This document shows, one piece after another, positions 24,285 through 25,731 of a stretch of DNA of 25,731 nucleotides. The stretch is taken from IMG/VR virus record IMGVR_UViG_3300004241_000046, positions 1 through 25,731 of that record, one strand, 5' to 3'. The translations under genes and the position numbers were made by a program. The notes beneath the pieces are model-generated. The model was given only the letters and a program-made list of their open reading frames with translations. It was not told the DNA's origin and did no database searches. The first letter of the stretch is position 1, and every line of letters starts with the position of its first letter. The stretch comes from a virus (lineage: Duplodnaviria; Caudoviricetes).

Positions 24285-24401
24285 ATGTCAGACAAAAAAA
24301 AAGAACCAAAAAAACAAAATGGTAATTTTAGTTATTCCGGACTCCCTTCCATGGCTCCTAAGCCGCCTCCACCCAAAGACCCGCCGGCACAAAAAAAATA
24401 A
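24285..24401 (+). CDS. 38-aa Lys/Pro-rich peptide (not in ORF track)
   Basis: GAGGTG SD then MSDKKKEPKKQNGNFSYSGLPSMAPKPPPPKDPPAQKK*. Fills the gap up to the integrase stop. Confidence 0.6.
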   Translation: MSDKKKEPKKQNGNFSYSGLPSMAPKPPPPKDPPAQKK

Positions 24402-24413
24402 TCATTATAAATT

Positions 24414-25550
24414 TTACCCGCCACGCCCTTTCAGCGCATCCGCCGCATTCTGGAGAGCTGCTCGTTGCGTATCGGTCATGACGTGCGCGTATACTCGCTT
24501 TGTGATCCCGATGTCCGCATGTCCGAGATTGTCGGATACCGTCGCAATGTCCGCGCCTTCCCGGAGTTGATAGGTTGCCGACGTGTGCCGCAAGTCGTGT
24601 ATGTGCATATCCGACACGCCGCAAAGTGCACATACCTTTTTCCACAGCTTCTTACAATCTCGCACCGGCCGCCGGGGATCATCTTTGGCCGGGAAAACAT
24701 ACGATGAGCCATTTCCTTTCCGCGCGTTCAAAATATCGATGGATTCTTTTACCAGCGGACTCACAATATCCTTTTTTGCCTTTGCCTTCTCTTTCGGGAT
24801 GATCCACACGTTTTCCTCATCGATCTCGTTCCATTCCATCGCCAGCACGTTTCCCTTTCTCTGGCCCTGATAGAGCATCAGGAGCATAGCATCCGCGCTG
24901 TCCCGTGCCCGTGCCCTCTTTCGTGCATCCTCAAGCACATCTATTACACGCGGGGCCTCCGATGGCATGAGATACTTTACCCTGGGCTCCTCTCTGTTCA
25001 TTGTAATTTTCGCCGCTGGGTTTCCGCCCTCGTATAGCTCATCATTGATGACGAGATTTATTACCGCCTTGAGATAAGCGATCGCCCTATTTGCAGATAC
25101 CGGGGCCGTTTCGGATATTTGAGCATGTAGAGCCTTTATTTCCGATTTAGATATATCAACCAGTTTTCGACTTTCGAGATACCGGAAATTTTTATTCCAG
25201 CAGTTCGAAAAATTGGCATCCGGATGCTTATAGTTACAGTAATGATTATACGCATCAAGTAGCGTCATATCCTGCTTGAGCTTTCCGTCTTCCAGCGGGT
25301 CAAGACTGCCATACTGCGCCAGATTCGCGGTATATATATGGCATTGTCGGACGGCCATTTCCCGCGTATATTCCGGATACCGCCCGAGCACGCGCCGGAA
25401 TTTTTGGAAATTATGCTTTTTCGTGAAGTAAAACGCCTTGCCCCTGGGACCGCACCATAGTTCCAAAGTCGAGATTTCCGCGTCCTGAATTTTGATGTTT
25501 TCGCCTGTCAAACGATCGATAAACGCCTTTGTAAGTTTTTCTCGCCTCAT
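24414..25550 (-). CDS. int: Tyrosine integrase with N-terminal arm-binding domain (P4-like)
   Basis: 'LTKAFIDRL...LGRYP' arm-binding domain. Catalytic R (GQRKG), 'HDLRH', 'LGH' and Y (KRVYAH). Confidence 0.96.
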   Translation of the reverse strand: MRREKLTKAFIDRLTGENIKIQDAEISTLELWCGPRGKAFYFTKKHNFQKFRRVLGRYPEYTREMAVRQCHIYTANLAQYGSLDPLEDGKLKQDMTLLDAYNHYCNYKHPDANFSNCWNKNFRYLESRKLVDISKSEIKALHAQISETAPVSANRAIAYLKAVINLVINDELYEGGNPAAKITMNREEPRVKYLMPSEAPRVIDVLEDARKRARARDSADAMLLMLYQGQRKGNVLAMEWNEIDEENVWIIPKEKAKAKKDIVSPLVKESIDILNARKGNGSSYVFPAKDDPRRPVRDCKKLWKKVCALCGVSDMHIHDLRHTSATYQLREGADIATVSDNLGHADIGITKRVYAHVMTDTQRAALQNAADALKGRGG

Positions 25551-25571
25551 TTTCCCCTCATTTTCTCAAAT

Positions 25572-25694
25572 AATTTTGCCCCAATTTTGCCACCGCGCAA
25601 CCAGAAAACACTATAAAAATACATCGAAAACAAGAAAAAACAAGAGTTAAAAATAGATAAAAATAGTTATTTTCAGCCTCAAAACAAGAAAAAA
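25572..25694. repeat. Short direct repeats in the att arm (candidate Int/Xis binding sites)
   Basis: AATTTTGCC x2 (25572, 25583), AAAACAAGA x3 (25627, 25637, 25681), TAAAAATAG x2 (25648, 25658). Confidence 0.45.
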
Positions 25695-25710
25695 GCTATT
25701 TCGGGCTTTT

Positions 25711-25731
25711 TGACTCTTAATCATTGGGTCC
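25711..25731 (+). other. att core: 3' fragment of tRNA-Lys(CTT), cut by the window end
   Basis: TGA-CTCTTAA-TCA-TT-GGGTC-C reads as anticodon loop (CTT), 3' stem and variable loop. No D arm upstream. 160 bp from the int start. Confidence 0.75.

Larger units (their letters stand above)
1..25731. mobile_element. Temperate siphovirus-type phage/prophage (partial)
   Basis: Contiguous integration, immunity, replication, packaging, head and tail modules. Distal tail and lysis genes would lie beyond the left edge. Confidence 0.97.

Noticed and set aside
25660-25731. Complete tRNA-Lys gene
   Set aside because: No acceptor stem 5' strand or D arm upstream of the anticodon loop, so only a fragment is supported.

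Overview
The window is about 25.7 kb of a temperate siphovirus-type phage or prophage. Almost all genes lie on the minus strand. From right to left: an att-like 3' tRNA-Lys(CTT) fragment at the window edge; a P4-type tyrosine integrase; an AT-rich plus-strand immunity region (double-HTH repressor plus three small cargo genes); a divergent early operon (RHH protein, Xis-like HTH, small ORFs); a recombination/replication module (PD-(D/E)XK nuclease, Sak4-like ATPase, DUF669-like SSB, RusA, RadD-like helicase, two DNA methyltransferases, primase-helicase); an iteron-rich putative origin; an HTH protein; a candidate cos site; and a lambda-like head-tail operon ending in a tape measure gene that runs off the left edge. 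The most unusual signals are: (1) a stand-alone 99-aa paralogue of the primase-helicase C-terminal winged helix, together with an iteron origin; (2) a ~27-bp TTTGACATCTC..ATAAAA(A)GG(G)AG element repeated before three structural genes; (3) tail chaperone G/T reading frames joined by a +1 shift at UCC_UUU_C rather than the usual -1; (4) a helicase ending in an SSB-like DDIPF tail. All protein calls come from motifs and synteny read by eye. No database searches were run.
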